A stretch of DNA of 63,977 nt, the filler included, from an uncultured Myxococcia bacterium (GTDB taxonomy: Bacteria > CAZTWC01), in NCBI GenBank assembly GCA_964617105.1. It is 16 parts of 16 records of this genome, joined end to end, with 100 filler letters (N's around TTAATTAATTAA, not from the genome) between each part and the next. Parts side by side here need not be neighbours in the genome. Positions count along the whole stretch, not along the records: positions 44,771 to 48,579 come from CAZTWC010000342.1; positions 48,680 to 52,481 come from CAZTWC010000343.1; positions 52,582 to 56,362 come from CAZTWC010000344.1; 13 more parts are not named here. One strand, written 5' to 3'. Below the pieces are notes generated by a model. It had not been told where the DNA came from. It worked only from the letters and a program-made list of their open reading frames with translations, and ran no database searches. Made by a program: the position numbers and the translations under genes. Of this stretch, positions 45,154 through 53,811 are shown piece after piece; position 1 is the first letter of the stretch; each line of letters starts with the position of its first letter.

Positions 45154-45221
45154 ATGGGTCTGTTGGACTCATGGGTCTGTTGGACTCATGGGTCTGTTGG
45201 ATTCATGGGTCTGTTGGATAG
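45154..45221. repeat. 17-bp tandem repeat x4, plus one degenerate copy at ~45138
   Basis: ATGGGTCTGTTGGAYTC-like units at 45154, 45171, 45188, 45205. Confidence 0.95.
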
Positions 45222-45248
45222 CGACCATCCCGGGTAAGGCAAATGATT

Positions 45249-46676
45249 TTATCCTTTATCACTTTTCCAATACTCCTCTACAAGGGCCTTGTTAACAAAG
45301 GAGACATCACACAATTTTTGGGTCTGTTTATAAAGATTGCCCTGGTTTTCATTAAAATTACGGGCAAAACACATAGAACAAAACTGGAAAGCTTTACATT
45401 TAAGACAATCGGGAAAATCGGACCATCGAATAGCGCGAAGATGTTGTAACTTGTCAGATTTATGCCAAAGATCTTGTAAAGATACCTCCTGGGCATTGCC
45501 TAAATTATAACCGATAAAACCAGAACAGGGATAGTAATTTCCGTAGGCCGACAAACAAATACAATCAATTCCTATGCCACATACCGGTTTATCAGCAAAA
45601 ATATGAGAGGGAATATCCTTTTTATTTGATTCAACCGATTTTAAATAGTGATCACCATAAGAGAGCATCTCCCCAATTACCGCCTCAATATCATCAATAT
45701 CTAAAGAGTGCTGCAGGTTATCGGTTTCAAAATTTATTCTCCCCAACATGATAAAATCGGTTACCGCCTTAATATTTCGTTTAGCGGCCCACTGGAGAAC
45801 ACTTTGATAAGAGTGCCGATTTTGTTTCATTATTGGGCAACTTATATACAATTGGATGTGGGCCTGTTGCAATTTTTCAATAGTTAGCAACATCTTTTGT
45901 AACGAACCATCAACGGCAGTTATGCTATCATGAACTTTATCTTCTAAACTAAAAATAGACATTTGGACCGTATTGACATTGATCTCCTTTAGAAGTTCAA
46001 TATGCTCATCGGTGATTACTGTTCCATTGGTTTGGATGGTTATGGTAAGATCCTGTTCTCTGGCTTTATAGAGAATTTTATCGATATCTTTGTGTAGAAA
46101 GGGTTCTCCGCCGGAAATGGTGAGAGAGAGAGTCCCCATTTCTGGAAGTTGGTCAAGAACCTCAAAGGCGAGTTTTGTATCCAGTTCAACCAGTTCTCTG
46201 TTTGGAGGATAGTAGCAGTGGAGACAGTGATGGTTACACAGGGTGGTAAGATCCATTTGCATTGCAAATACTGTTGGATTTTGGGCAAAATAGGCGGCAA
46301 AATATCTCGCTGAATCTATTGGCACCCCAGAGGGTTTCTCCGATAGGGGTTTAATAGGGGTAGAATATATATTGGCCTGGCGTGCCTCTAACTCCTGCTT
46401 CGATTTTCCAGTAACAATAAACTTTTCTGTTTTTAGAATAGTTACCAGTTTTAGAAAGTTTTTCTCCACTTGGTGTTCTGGGCAATTTTTTAGCCTCAAT
46501 TTTAGTTGTGAAAGGATAGAGTCGATAGTTTGCGGTTGTCTGGTAATGGGCTTAAGGTAGACTAACTCTTTTTGATCAAATAGGTGATCAAGCCTGGTTG
46601 TTTGATTCACCAAATAGCCAAATTTTTGGTAAAATCGTATAAAGGAGTCATTCCCTAATTGGATTAGTTTCATCAA
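45249..46676 (-). CDS. Radical SAM/SPASM peptide maturase 2 with probable N-terminal RRE (PqqD-like)
   Basis: CNHHCLHC, SGGEP, QTNG; SPASM CGIG..YYPC..CLKC....CSMC..C; ~100-aa N-terminal extension. Confidence 0.88.
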   Translation of the reverse strand: MMKLIQLGNDSFIRFYQKFGYLVNQTTRLDHLFDQKELVYLKPITRQPQTIDSILSQLKLRLKNCPEHQVEKNFLKLVTILKTEKFIVTGKSKQELEARQANIYSTPIKPLSEKPSGVPIDSARYFAAYFAQNPTVFAMQMDLTTLCNHHCLHCYYPPNRELVELDTKLAFEVLDQLPEMGTLSLTISGGEPFLHKDIDKILYKAREQDLTITIQTNGTVITDEHIELLKEINVNTVQMSIFSLEDKVHDSITAVDGSLQKMLLTIEKLQQAHIQLYISCPIMKQNRHSYQSVLQWAAKRNIKAVTDFIMLGRINFETDNLQHSLDIDDIEAVIGEMLSYGDHYLKSVESNKKDIPSHIFADKPVCGIGIDCICLSAYGNYYPCSGFIGYNLGNAQEVSLQDLWHKSDKLQHLRAIRWSDFPDCLKCKAFQFCSMCFARNFNENQGNLYKQTQKLCDVSFVNKALVEEYWKSDKG

Positions 46677-46695
46677 TTATTATTTAGCACCATTA

Positions 46696-48216
46696 TTATA
46701 ATGATATAGGACCTTTTGAAGATTTCATTAATTTAGTAAATGCATCGGGGCCCATGCCGCCGATTTTAGCATTTAGATAGAGGTATGCTTTCACCTCTTC
46801 TTTGGTTCGCTCACATTGTATGGCGATGGGTTCATCTTCTTTTCCATAGGCAGCCAAGCTACGGGCAATACAGCAACCGCCACATGAAAAGCGAACCCAA
46901 CAATCTTGGCATTTGGGTTGATTGAAAACATTTGATGTAACCAGGCTTTGAATCGGTTCCCAATTGGATATTTGGCCATCCTTCACATCACCAATGCAGT
47001 ATTGATCTTCATTAAAGTAGACGCAAGGAAAGATGCGGCCATCCGATTGAAATGCCAGTTGGGTAAGTCCCAGGACACAGCGGCATAATTTTCTTTTCCC
47101 AACTTTACGAAAGTTCATTTCGGTCAAAAACAGGCTGTCCATTTGGGGAATTACACCACTATTTGCCTGGTCAATAATGTTGTCTACCTCTTCAGAAAGT
47201 TCTTTTTTATATTGCGAAATGGTATCAAGGGAGAGAACTTCGTTGTGCTTTCCGCCAATATAACCAGAGAAAAAGTTATAAAATACAATGATCTCTTTAA
47301 AACCAAATTCTCTAAAAAATTCAAAGGTATCCTTCATGCTAGCGCCAGGATCAGCCAATACTGCTCTGGCTCCGATCCGGCCCGGCAGAGCCTTAAGCAT
47401 TCTTTTGATATTTTTAACAATAATAGCATGAGAAGGTTTGCCATTTTGAAAATGCCGATAGGCATCATGGCTCTCAGCTTTGCCGTCGATACTAACCATT
47501 ATTTCGAAATTATATTCTTTAGATAGTTTTTCTATCTCATGGTTCCACAAGGTCCCATTAGTATCAATTAGATATTCAAACTCCAGACCTTTCTGCTCTC
47601 CACGCTGGGCAGCATATTGGGCAAAAGTTTTGAGCCCTTTTAAGTTTAAAAAGGGCTCTCCACCGTAAACAATAATTTTATGTTTTTTTTGTGTGCCGCT
47701 GTTGTTGACAATAAAATCAACCACCCCTTTAAGATGCTCTGGAGTAGGCTCAAGAGGATTTTCTTCGCCTAACAATCCCCCCTCGTTCCAGCAATAACTA
47801 CAGCTCAAATTGCACCTTCGGGCAAAGTAGACAAAATACTCTTTGTGACTGTTTTTCTGGGCTTCGATGAGTTTCGGAAGGTCCTTGACATCTTCTGCCA
47901 TCGCCTTGAAAAGTTGTTGATCTTGTATCATATTCTGAATACTCGCCTGAATGGCATCATCCAAGGCGAGTAGACGGGTATAGGCCTGATTGATTTCTTC
48001 GAGTCGGTAACGGCTGTAGCACTCAGGGTTAATGTTAATAGTATTGCCAGTTTGATTGAGAAACTGGTCAACTAAAAAGGCGGTTACTGGATATAACTCT
48101 ACCCCCTTTCCATTGGAAATAATATAAAGAAAGGAGGTATCCTTATATTCAAGTAGGCGCACATTTTCCCTGGTCAGATAAGCAGGCCTGTTCAAAACAA
48201 CTGGATTAGATGTCAT
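46696..48216 (-). CDS. Radical SAM/SPASM peptide maturase 1 (CteB/QhpD/anSME-like) with probable N-terminal RRE
   Basis: CNLSCSYC, YGGEP, TNG, SIDG; SPASM CRCVLG..FPC..CQDCWVRFSCGGCC..C. Confidence 0.9.
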   Translation of the reverse strand: MTSNPVVLNRPAYLTRENVRLLEYKDTSFLYIISNGKGVELYPVTAFLVDQFLNQTGNTININPECYSRYRLEEINQAYTRLLALDDAIQASIQNMIQDQQLFKAMAEDVKDLPKLIEAQKNSHKEYFVYFARRCNLSCSYCWNEGGLLGEENPLEPTPEHLKGVVDFIVNNSGTQKKHKIIVYGGEPFLNLKGLKTFAQYAAQRGEQKGLEFEYLIDTNGTLWNHEIEKLSKEYNFEIMVSIDGKAESHDAYRHFQNGKPSHAIIVKNIKRMLKALPGRIGARAVLADPGASMKDTFEFFREFGFKEIIVFYNFFSGYIGGKHNEVLSLDTISQYKKELSEEVDNIIDQANSGVIPQMDSLFLTEMNFRKVGKRKLCRCVLGLTQLAFQSDGRIFPCVYFNEDQYCIGDVKDGQISNWEPIQSLVTSNVFNQPKCQDCWVRFSCGGCCIARSLAAYGKEDEPIAIQCERTKEEVKAYLYLNAKIGGMGPDAFTKLMKSSKGPISL

Positions 48217-48260
48217 ATAGAGTTATACCTTAATCATAAGTTCCTTCAATTACAAGCACT

Positions 48261-48572
48261 TTAATCACAAGCACCTTCTGGCGCACTGTGACTACAAGAG
48301 GGGGCCATTCGTCCGCCACCACCATGTCGACCTACAGCGTTTTGAATATTGCCCCAGGAACCAACCTGTCTACCGCCATCACCGCCACCACCAAAGATAC
48401 TAATACCGCAATTTCCCTGGGGATAGCCGTTAAATCTGCTGTTAGGATCCCTTCTAGACCCCCGTCCACGACCTCGTCCACGGTTGAACCGGAATCCTCC
48501 CAGAGCATTACGCATCTCTTCTTCGGTAACTTCATGATTCTCGGTTAAGTCGGTAATTTTAATTCTAGCCAT
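48261..48572 (-). CDS. Putative RiPP precursor A (103 aa) with double-glycine leader
   Basis: MARIKITDLTENHEVTEEEMRNALGG leader, then a Gly/Arg-rich core with 3 Cys; 44 nt upstream of maturase 1. Confidence 0.85.
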   Translation of the reverse strand: MARIKITDLTENHEVTEEEMRNALGGFRFNRGRGRGRGSRRDPNSRFNGYPQGNCGISIFGGGGDGGRQVGSWGNIQNAVGRHGGGGRMAPSCSHSAPEGACD

Positions 48573-48679
48573 TTTGATCNNNNNNNNNNNNNNNNNNNNN
48601 NNNNNNNNNNNNNNNNNNNNNNNTTAATTAATTAANNNNNNNNNNNNNNNNNNNNNNNNNNNNNNNNNNNNNNNNNNNN

Positions 48680-49648
48680 GGGCATCTGGAAATTAGTGTG
48701 ATCATGGTCAACTTTGGGCTTTGCCGAAGGTGGATCCGCAGGTGACTTCAAATGCGGGGCTGATGATGACTCTTGTGGTGGATGGCCGGTTTGCCTTGGT
48801 GATGGTGTGACTTGCAATTTAGAGAGCGCCATTGACAACTGAATTCCATCTTTGAACCGGATACCAGGGTCAGTAAACAGCATCCTGTCCACTATCTGGG
48901 CCAGGTTAGGGTCAAGACCAGGATTGAGGTCTCGTACTTTGGGCAAACCCTGTTGATGACTTTTATAAATAGCCAACGATAGGGCCATAATCGATGAGGA
49001 CTCATCGGGAACTTCAAAGGGCATTTGACCGGTCAACAGGTTAAAGCCGATTACTCCCAGAGCGTAAATATCTGCCGCTGGCGTCGCTTTTTTGCCGTCT
49101 AACACCTCAGGGGCGATATACTGCGGAGGACCAACTGCCATGCCGGTTGCGGTGCGGGTGCGGTCATCTGCCGATTTGGCCAGTCCCAGGTCGAGTAGTT
49201 TGACGCTGGTTTGACCATCTTGTGTGTGCAAAAACAGATTGCCCGGTTTGATATCCCGGTGCAAAACATTCATACCATGAGCAAAGGCCAATCCCTGGGC
49301 TGCTTCTAACAGAATTTTGTATGCAAATTTCTCGGGCGATGGGCCGCTGCGCTGTTTTTGCCACTCAGACAGAGATTGACCTTTTAGCAGTTCGGTCACC
49401 ATAAACATTTGGCCAGATTGTTCACCCAACTCGTAAAACCGGACAATATTTTGGTGCAAAAGTTTGTTCAATACTTTGGCTTCCGACAAAAATCGCTGCC
49501 GAAACTCCTGATCGCGGGAGAGTTCCGGATGCACCACCTTTAAAGCCCGCTCCTCCTCCATCAAACTGTGCACTGCCCGATAAACCACCCCCATACCGCC
49601 ACGGCCGATTTCACCTTTGATTATGTAGCTGCCGATTTTTTGGGTCAT
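48680..49648 (-). CDS. Hanks-type Ser/Thr protein kinase (3' partial)
   Basis: IGRGGMGVVY, ALK, HRDIKPGN, DLG, YIAPE, DIYALG; Pro/Ser-rich linker. Confidence 0.95.
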
Positions 49649-49705
49649 TTTTTTTTAATCCTTGTGTAAAATTAACTCTCGGATCAGAGCTTGTGAATTT
49701 TGGTC

Positions 49706-50914
49706 TTATCCTGCCAACTCATTCAATCGCGCTTCTATCCCGGAGATGATCTTCTGGTCCAAATCTTCCAGCACATATTTCAGCCTGGTATTTGGCACTT
49801 CTTGCCGTGGGGCCGGGGTGAGTGCGGCACTGGTGTTTCGTTGGGCTTTGGCCATTTTGGTGTTGGCCTTGTGCTTCCAGCCGCTCCAGGCTCTCTCCTG
49901 GTCGGCGCTGAAACGCTCGATTGAGCCCTTTATCCGCTTGTACGCATCATTTACCGCTTTTTCTATCTTGCAGTTTACATCCGCTTTTGTGGATGATGTC
50001 AGTTTATCTTCCAGGGTTTCATTGTGTTTGACTACCTCGTTTTTGGCCATCATACCGGCAATAATACCGACAATCGGGATGATGAACAAAAATATCATCG
50101 ACTTGGCCTCACCTTTGGACATGCCTATGGCAGGGCCGGCTAAACCAACCACCATTCCGCCGCCCATCATGATCATCCCCAGGGTGGAACGCAGGATTTT
50201 GGAGAAGGCGGCTCCAAAGGTGATCTTTTTCTCTTCTATGCTGCCAGGCAGGGTGAGGAGATTTTTAAATTTAGAGACCCGGGTTTCTGCCAGATGAAAC
50301 TGCTCCACCTTCAGGGCCTTTAGGGCATTGTCAAAATCGGGCTGATACATATCCCACTCTTTGTGTATGCGGGAGGTCAATCCACTTATAGAGGCGTTGG
50401 CCCAACTGTTCAGAGCCTGATCAACATAAGTGGTAAATTGCTTTTTCCAACTCGAGGCTAAACTAACTGAAATTGAATTTGCTGATTCATCAACCTCGAC
50501 ACTGTTTTGCGACACCGCCTCTTTTAGTTGGCTCAGCATACTCTCCTTTTGACGGTCGAGGCGGCTTGTTTTTACATAATTCACCGAACTTCGCATCGCC
50601 TTTTCCATCATTGGGATGGTGTTTTTCACATTGGCAACCTGTTCTGTCAGATCGGTTTTCTGGTTGGCCGCTAAATGAGACTCTTCTTCTCCAGTGCCAG
50701 TATTGTCGAGGGAAGTTGAACAGTAATTGCGCAGGTCATAACACAACTCCAACGCCTCTGAATAAAACTGATGCCACTTGTCTGCCTCTGCCAGTTTAAT
50801 GCTCTTTTGCTTAGTTTTCAGGTCAACGAGTTTTTGCTTAAACTGCTCAGAAAGGCTCTTTTCGTTTGCCAGGCCCGTTAGCCGGAATATCACTGAAATA
50901 GGGTCCTTAATCAT
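49706..50914 (-). CDS. Hypothetical helical/coiled-coil protein with hydrophobic hairpin
   Basis: 402-aa ORF co-oriented with neighbours; two adjacent hydrophobic segments (MIMMGGGMVVGLAG; MIFLFIIPIVGIIAG). Confidence 0.7.
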   Translation of the reverse strand: MIKDPISVIFRLTGLANEKSLSEQFKQKLVDLKTKQKSIKLAEADKWHQFYSEALELCYDLRNYCSTSLDNTGTGEEESHLAANQKTDLTEQVANVKNTIPMMEKAMRSSVNYVKTSRLDRQKESMLSQLKEAVSQNSVEVDESANSISVSLASSWKKQFTTYVDQALNSWANASISGLTSRIHKEWDMYQPDFDNALKALKVEQFHLAETRVSKFKNLLTLPGSIEEKKITFGAAFSKILRSTLGMIMMGGGMVVGLAGPAIGMSKGEAKSMIFLFIIPIVGIIAGMMAKNEVVKHNETLEDKLTSSTKADVNCKIEKAVNDAYKRIKGSIERFSADQERAWSGWKHKANTKMAKAQRNTSAALTPAPRQEVPNTRLKYVLEDLDQKIISGIEARLNELAG

Positions 50915-50951
50915 TTTGAATCTCTAAAAAAGTAGTTAATGATATTTAACC

Positions 50952-50976
50952 AGGGTGCAATGAATTGCGCCCCTAA
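50952..50976. repeat. REP-like palindrome
   Basis: Minus strand TAGGGGCGCAA-TTCA-TTGCACCCT, a GTAG-family REP-like hairpin in an intergenic region. Confidence 0.5.
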
Positions 50977-51082
50977 ATGCCTGTCAGGTAGTTTTCATCC
51001 GAGAATCCAATTGGTTGCGGAAATTGCTGCGGGCTCCTGTCCCTGTCCATCCAGGCTGGATACTAGTGCACTGTTCAGTACA

Positions 51083-51826
51083 CTAGGTAAAGTCAACATC
51101 ATCTCCGCTGCTGTCACCGCTTTCGTCAATGATCACAGAGCCTTTGATGTTGCTCAGCGTTGCGTCAGCCACGGCCTGAATCTGTTCCTGGGCATTGCTG
51201 CCTGTCTGATGGAGATCCTGTTTGTAATCAGTGCAGGCCTGCTCCAGGTCGCAGACAGCCTCGTTAGCCTTCTCTTTTACCTTTGCCACCTGATCCATCA
51301 CCTCGTATTTGGCCTCGCTGGTAAAACCTGACAACTCATCTTTTACTTCGGCCAACTCATTTTGGGCTCTATCCACCTGCTCGCGAATAGCATATTCCAC
51401 CTGCTGGGAGATCTGGTTCAACTCTCCCCGCGCCTCGTTTAGGGCCATGGCGATCTCATGTTTTCCCTGGTCCGTGATCTGATTCACATCGGCCCGGATT
51501 TGAGTCTCAATCTCATTTTTCAACTCCTCAGCCGATGCCCGCAAAACCTCCTCTTTCTCCTGCAGCATTGTCTGCATTGAACTGGCCAATTGCTGCGATA
51601 GTTCTGCTGCTGTGCCAGACAGATTGCCCTGCAGAGTTTCAGCGGTCGAAGTGATAGATTGGCTTGCCTCATCCCCGACCAGGTTGATCCGGTCGATGAT
51701 TTCACTACCAGCCGCCACAGTTGCTCCCGCCGCCCCGGCCCCGCCCATGGCTGCCCCGGCCAGTCCAGTTTTCATGGCTGAGCTGGTATTTATACCTCCT
51801 GAACCGTATTTTTTTTCATCACTCAT
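51083..51826 (-). CDS. Acidic amphipathic helical-repeat (apolipoprotein-like) protein
   Basis: Gly/Ala-rich N-terminus, then E/Q/A-rich proline-free helical repeats; AGGAG RBS. Confidence 0.6.
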   Translation of the reverse strand: MSDEKKYGSGGINTSSAMKTGLAGAAMGGAGAAGATVAAGSEIIDRINLVGDEASQSITSTAETLQGNLSGTAAELSQQLASSMQTMLQEKEEVLRASAEELKNEIETQIRADVNQITDQGKHEIAMALNEARGELNQISQQVEYAIREQVDRAQNELAEVKDELSGFTSEAKYEVMDQVAKVKEKANEAVCDLEQACTDYKQDLHQTGSNAQEQIQAVADATLSNIKGSVIIDESGDSSGDDVDFT

Positions 51827-51837
51827 GGTTCTTCTCC

Positions 51838-52481
51838 TTAATCGCTGTTTTCTCTGATTTTATCCATCAACAATTTTCCGCAAAAACCAACGAATCCCTT
51901 TTGATTCAGTTTACGCCCCTTAGAATGATCGGTCAAGATAATCTGGAATATTTGCGTGCCTGTCCGCAAGTCAAATCCCTTTACCATTATCTGTTGCCAG
52001 TTAACTTTTTTGGGTGAAATCTGAGTGGCAAGTTGCCGATTTTCAACCGGAATCCCCTCCAGGTTCACATCGATCATATATTTGCCCACCATCAGGATGT
52101 TGGCCGGTAATTTGATGTTCAAACCGTGGATAGAGTTGCGTTTGAGCAGTTTGTGAGCGTTAACCTCTTTTTCAGTAAAGATTTTATCTACCCGCGCCCG
52201 GTTGACAAAACCGATACCATGCCTGGTCAGGGCGCCTTCAAAGGCTGAAGTTAGCCCGGCATTGTCAGAATGGGGCCGCTCGGCGATTTTGTTTTTGCCA
52301 TTTTCAACAAAATGGACTTTCTCCGTGATCACCAGAGAGGCCAAAGCCGGTTTTCCCAGGTAAGATAGAGTGAGAGCCGGAGATACATTGATATCCTTTT
52401 CAGTCTGCCGTTTTTCTCTCTGGATCTGGGTCATCGCCTTTTTCAAAACCGCCTGTTGGGCCGTATTCTTCGACTTTCCAG
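51838..52481 (-). CDS. Hypothetical protein, possibly CsgG/TolB-N-like (5' partial)
   Basis: FVNRARVDKIFTEKE..ANILMVGKY..VKGFDLRTGTQIF. Confidence 0.45.
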
Positions 52482-52937
52482 NNNNNNNNNNNNNNNNNNN
52501 NNNNNNNNNNNNNNNNNNNNNNNNNTTAATTAATTAANNNNNNNNNNNNNNNNNNNNNNNNNNNNNNNNNNNNNNNNNNNNACCGTCCGCTGGGCACTGG
52601 CGGAAAATCGGAAGATCGGGTGGAGTTGCACAGTTTCAGAGTGGCGGATGTTATTACTGAAAAGGATGAGCAGGGTAAAACCTTTGAGACCTTTAAGATC
52701 AAATACCACTTTTGCCTTGCCGACAAAGAGACCAGCAAGTGTAAGGAAGAGCCGTTTTTCAGCACCTGGCACTTTACTCCCTCAAAAGGCTTCAGCAAAG
52801 TGGAGAGGTTCACGGGAGAAGTATTGACCCGGGAAGATCAGGCAGTTACTTGTAACTAGCTGGTGAATCGCCTCCGAATTTTCGCGACGAAGTTGATTCC
52901 CGAACGGACACTAACTGGGTCGCTACAAATAATATCC

Positions 52938-52966
52938 TTGATAAAAAACTAATTGTGTGGTATCAT
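52938..52966 (+). promoter_or_regulatory. Putative sigma70 promoter of cheY
   Basis: TTGATA-17 bp-TATCAT with extended TG; AAGGAG RBS downstream. Confidence 0.6.
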
Positions 52967-52988
52967 GAATAGTTAAGGAGAAAATTAG

Positions 52989-53387
52989 ATGCTCGACTTC
53001 AACCACCGCATATTAATAGTAGATGACGGTGCCTCCATGCGCAATATAATGAAAAAAATCCTCAAGCAGATAGGATACCGCAACTTCATGGAGGCAGAAG
53101 ACGGCTCAGAGGCCTTGAATGTTTTGCGCAAAGAGCATGTAGATCTGGTTGTATTAGACTGGAATATGCCTCAAATGACCGGTATTGAACTGCTGAAGAT
53201 AATGCGTGGTGACCAAGAATTAAAAGGCATTCCGGTATTAATGGTCACTGCTGAGGCCAAAAAGAGCAATGTTTTAGAAGCGATCCACTCCGGGGTAAAC
53301 AACTATATTGTAAAGCCCTTCACTCCGGGAACCATGAAAGAAAAAATTGAGCATATTTTCAAAGTAAAGTCAATTACCTCAAAATAA
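52989..53387 (+). CDS. cheY: Chemotaxis response regulator CheY
   Basis: ILIVDD, LDWNMPQMTG, PVLMVTAEA, GVNNYIVKPFT; single receiver domain. Confidence 0.9.
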   Translation: MLDFNHRILIVDDGASMRNIMKKILKQIGYRNFMEAEDGSEALNVLRKEHVDLVVLDWNMPQMTGIELLKIMRGDQELKGIPVLMVTAEAKKSNVLEAIHSGVNNYIVKPFTPGTMKEKIEHIFKVKSITSK

Positions 53388-53562
53388 TAACCCAACCTGC
53401 CAAAATTACCCAAAATTAAGTCAAAAACTTGCCCTACACCAATAAAATCCGTTACAATGAATTTTAATCTCTTTATCTAATTTGCGTCCGAGAATTTATC
53501 TCGTCACAGCAGAAAGGTGTTTTCGGATAAGAACTGCTATTTAACGGAGAAACAATATCGTT

Positions 53563-53811
53563 ATGTTTACCAAAATTTTTGAACAGGGTCTAAGTGCAAT
53601 TATTGCCGATATGGTAATTAAGTCGCAGCAAGTTGAAACTATCCTAAAAAAAATGACTGACCAGGGCTATTTGAGCAAGGCGGAAGCCAATAAATTGGGG
53701 GGTGAATTGGGAAAATTAGTAAAGGAGAGGTGTAAATCCAATCAGGCTAGTCTGGAGGTTTTGGGGCAAATAAAAAAAGGAATGAACAATATAATACAGG
53801 AATGGAAATAG
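53563..53811 (+). CDS. Small phasin-like protein
   Basis: VETILKKMTDQGYLSKAEANKL; directly upstream of the ubiB-like gene, a common pairing. Confidence 0.55.
   Translation: MFTKIFEQGLSAIIADMVIKSQQVETILKKMTDQGYLSKAEANKLGGELGKLVKERCKSNQASLEVLGQIKKGMNNIIQEWK

Noticed and set aside
45154-45221. CRISPR array
   Set aside because: The 17-bp units are directly adjacent with no spacers, and no cas genes are present.
46696-48216. Housekeeping anaerobic sulfatase maturase or PQQ/mycofactocin biosynthesis
   Set aside because: No sulfatase, pqq or mft genes on the contig; an N-terminal extension and an adjacent GG-leader peptide favour a peptide maturase. Not excluded without HMM searches.
48572-49648. 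Ser/Thr kinase as part of the RiPP cluster
   Set aside because: Separated by a contig linker; adjacency reflects size-sorted concatenation.
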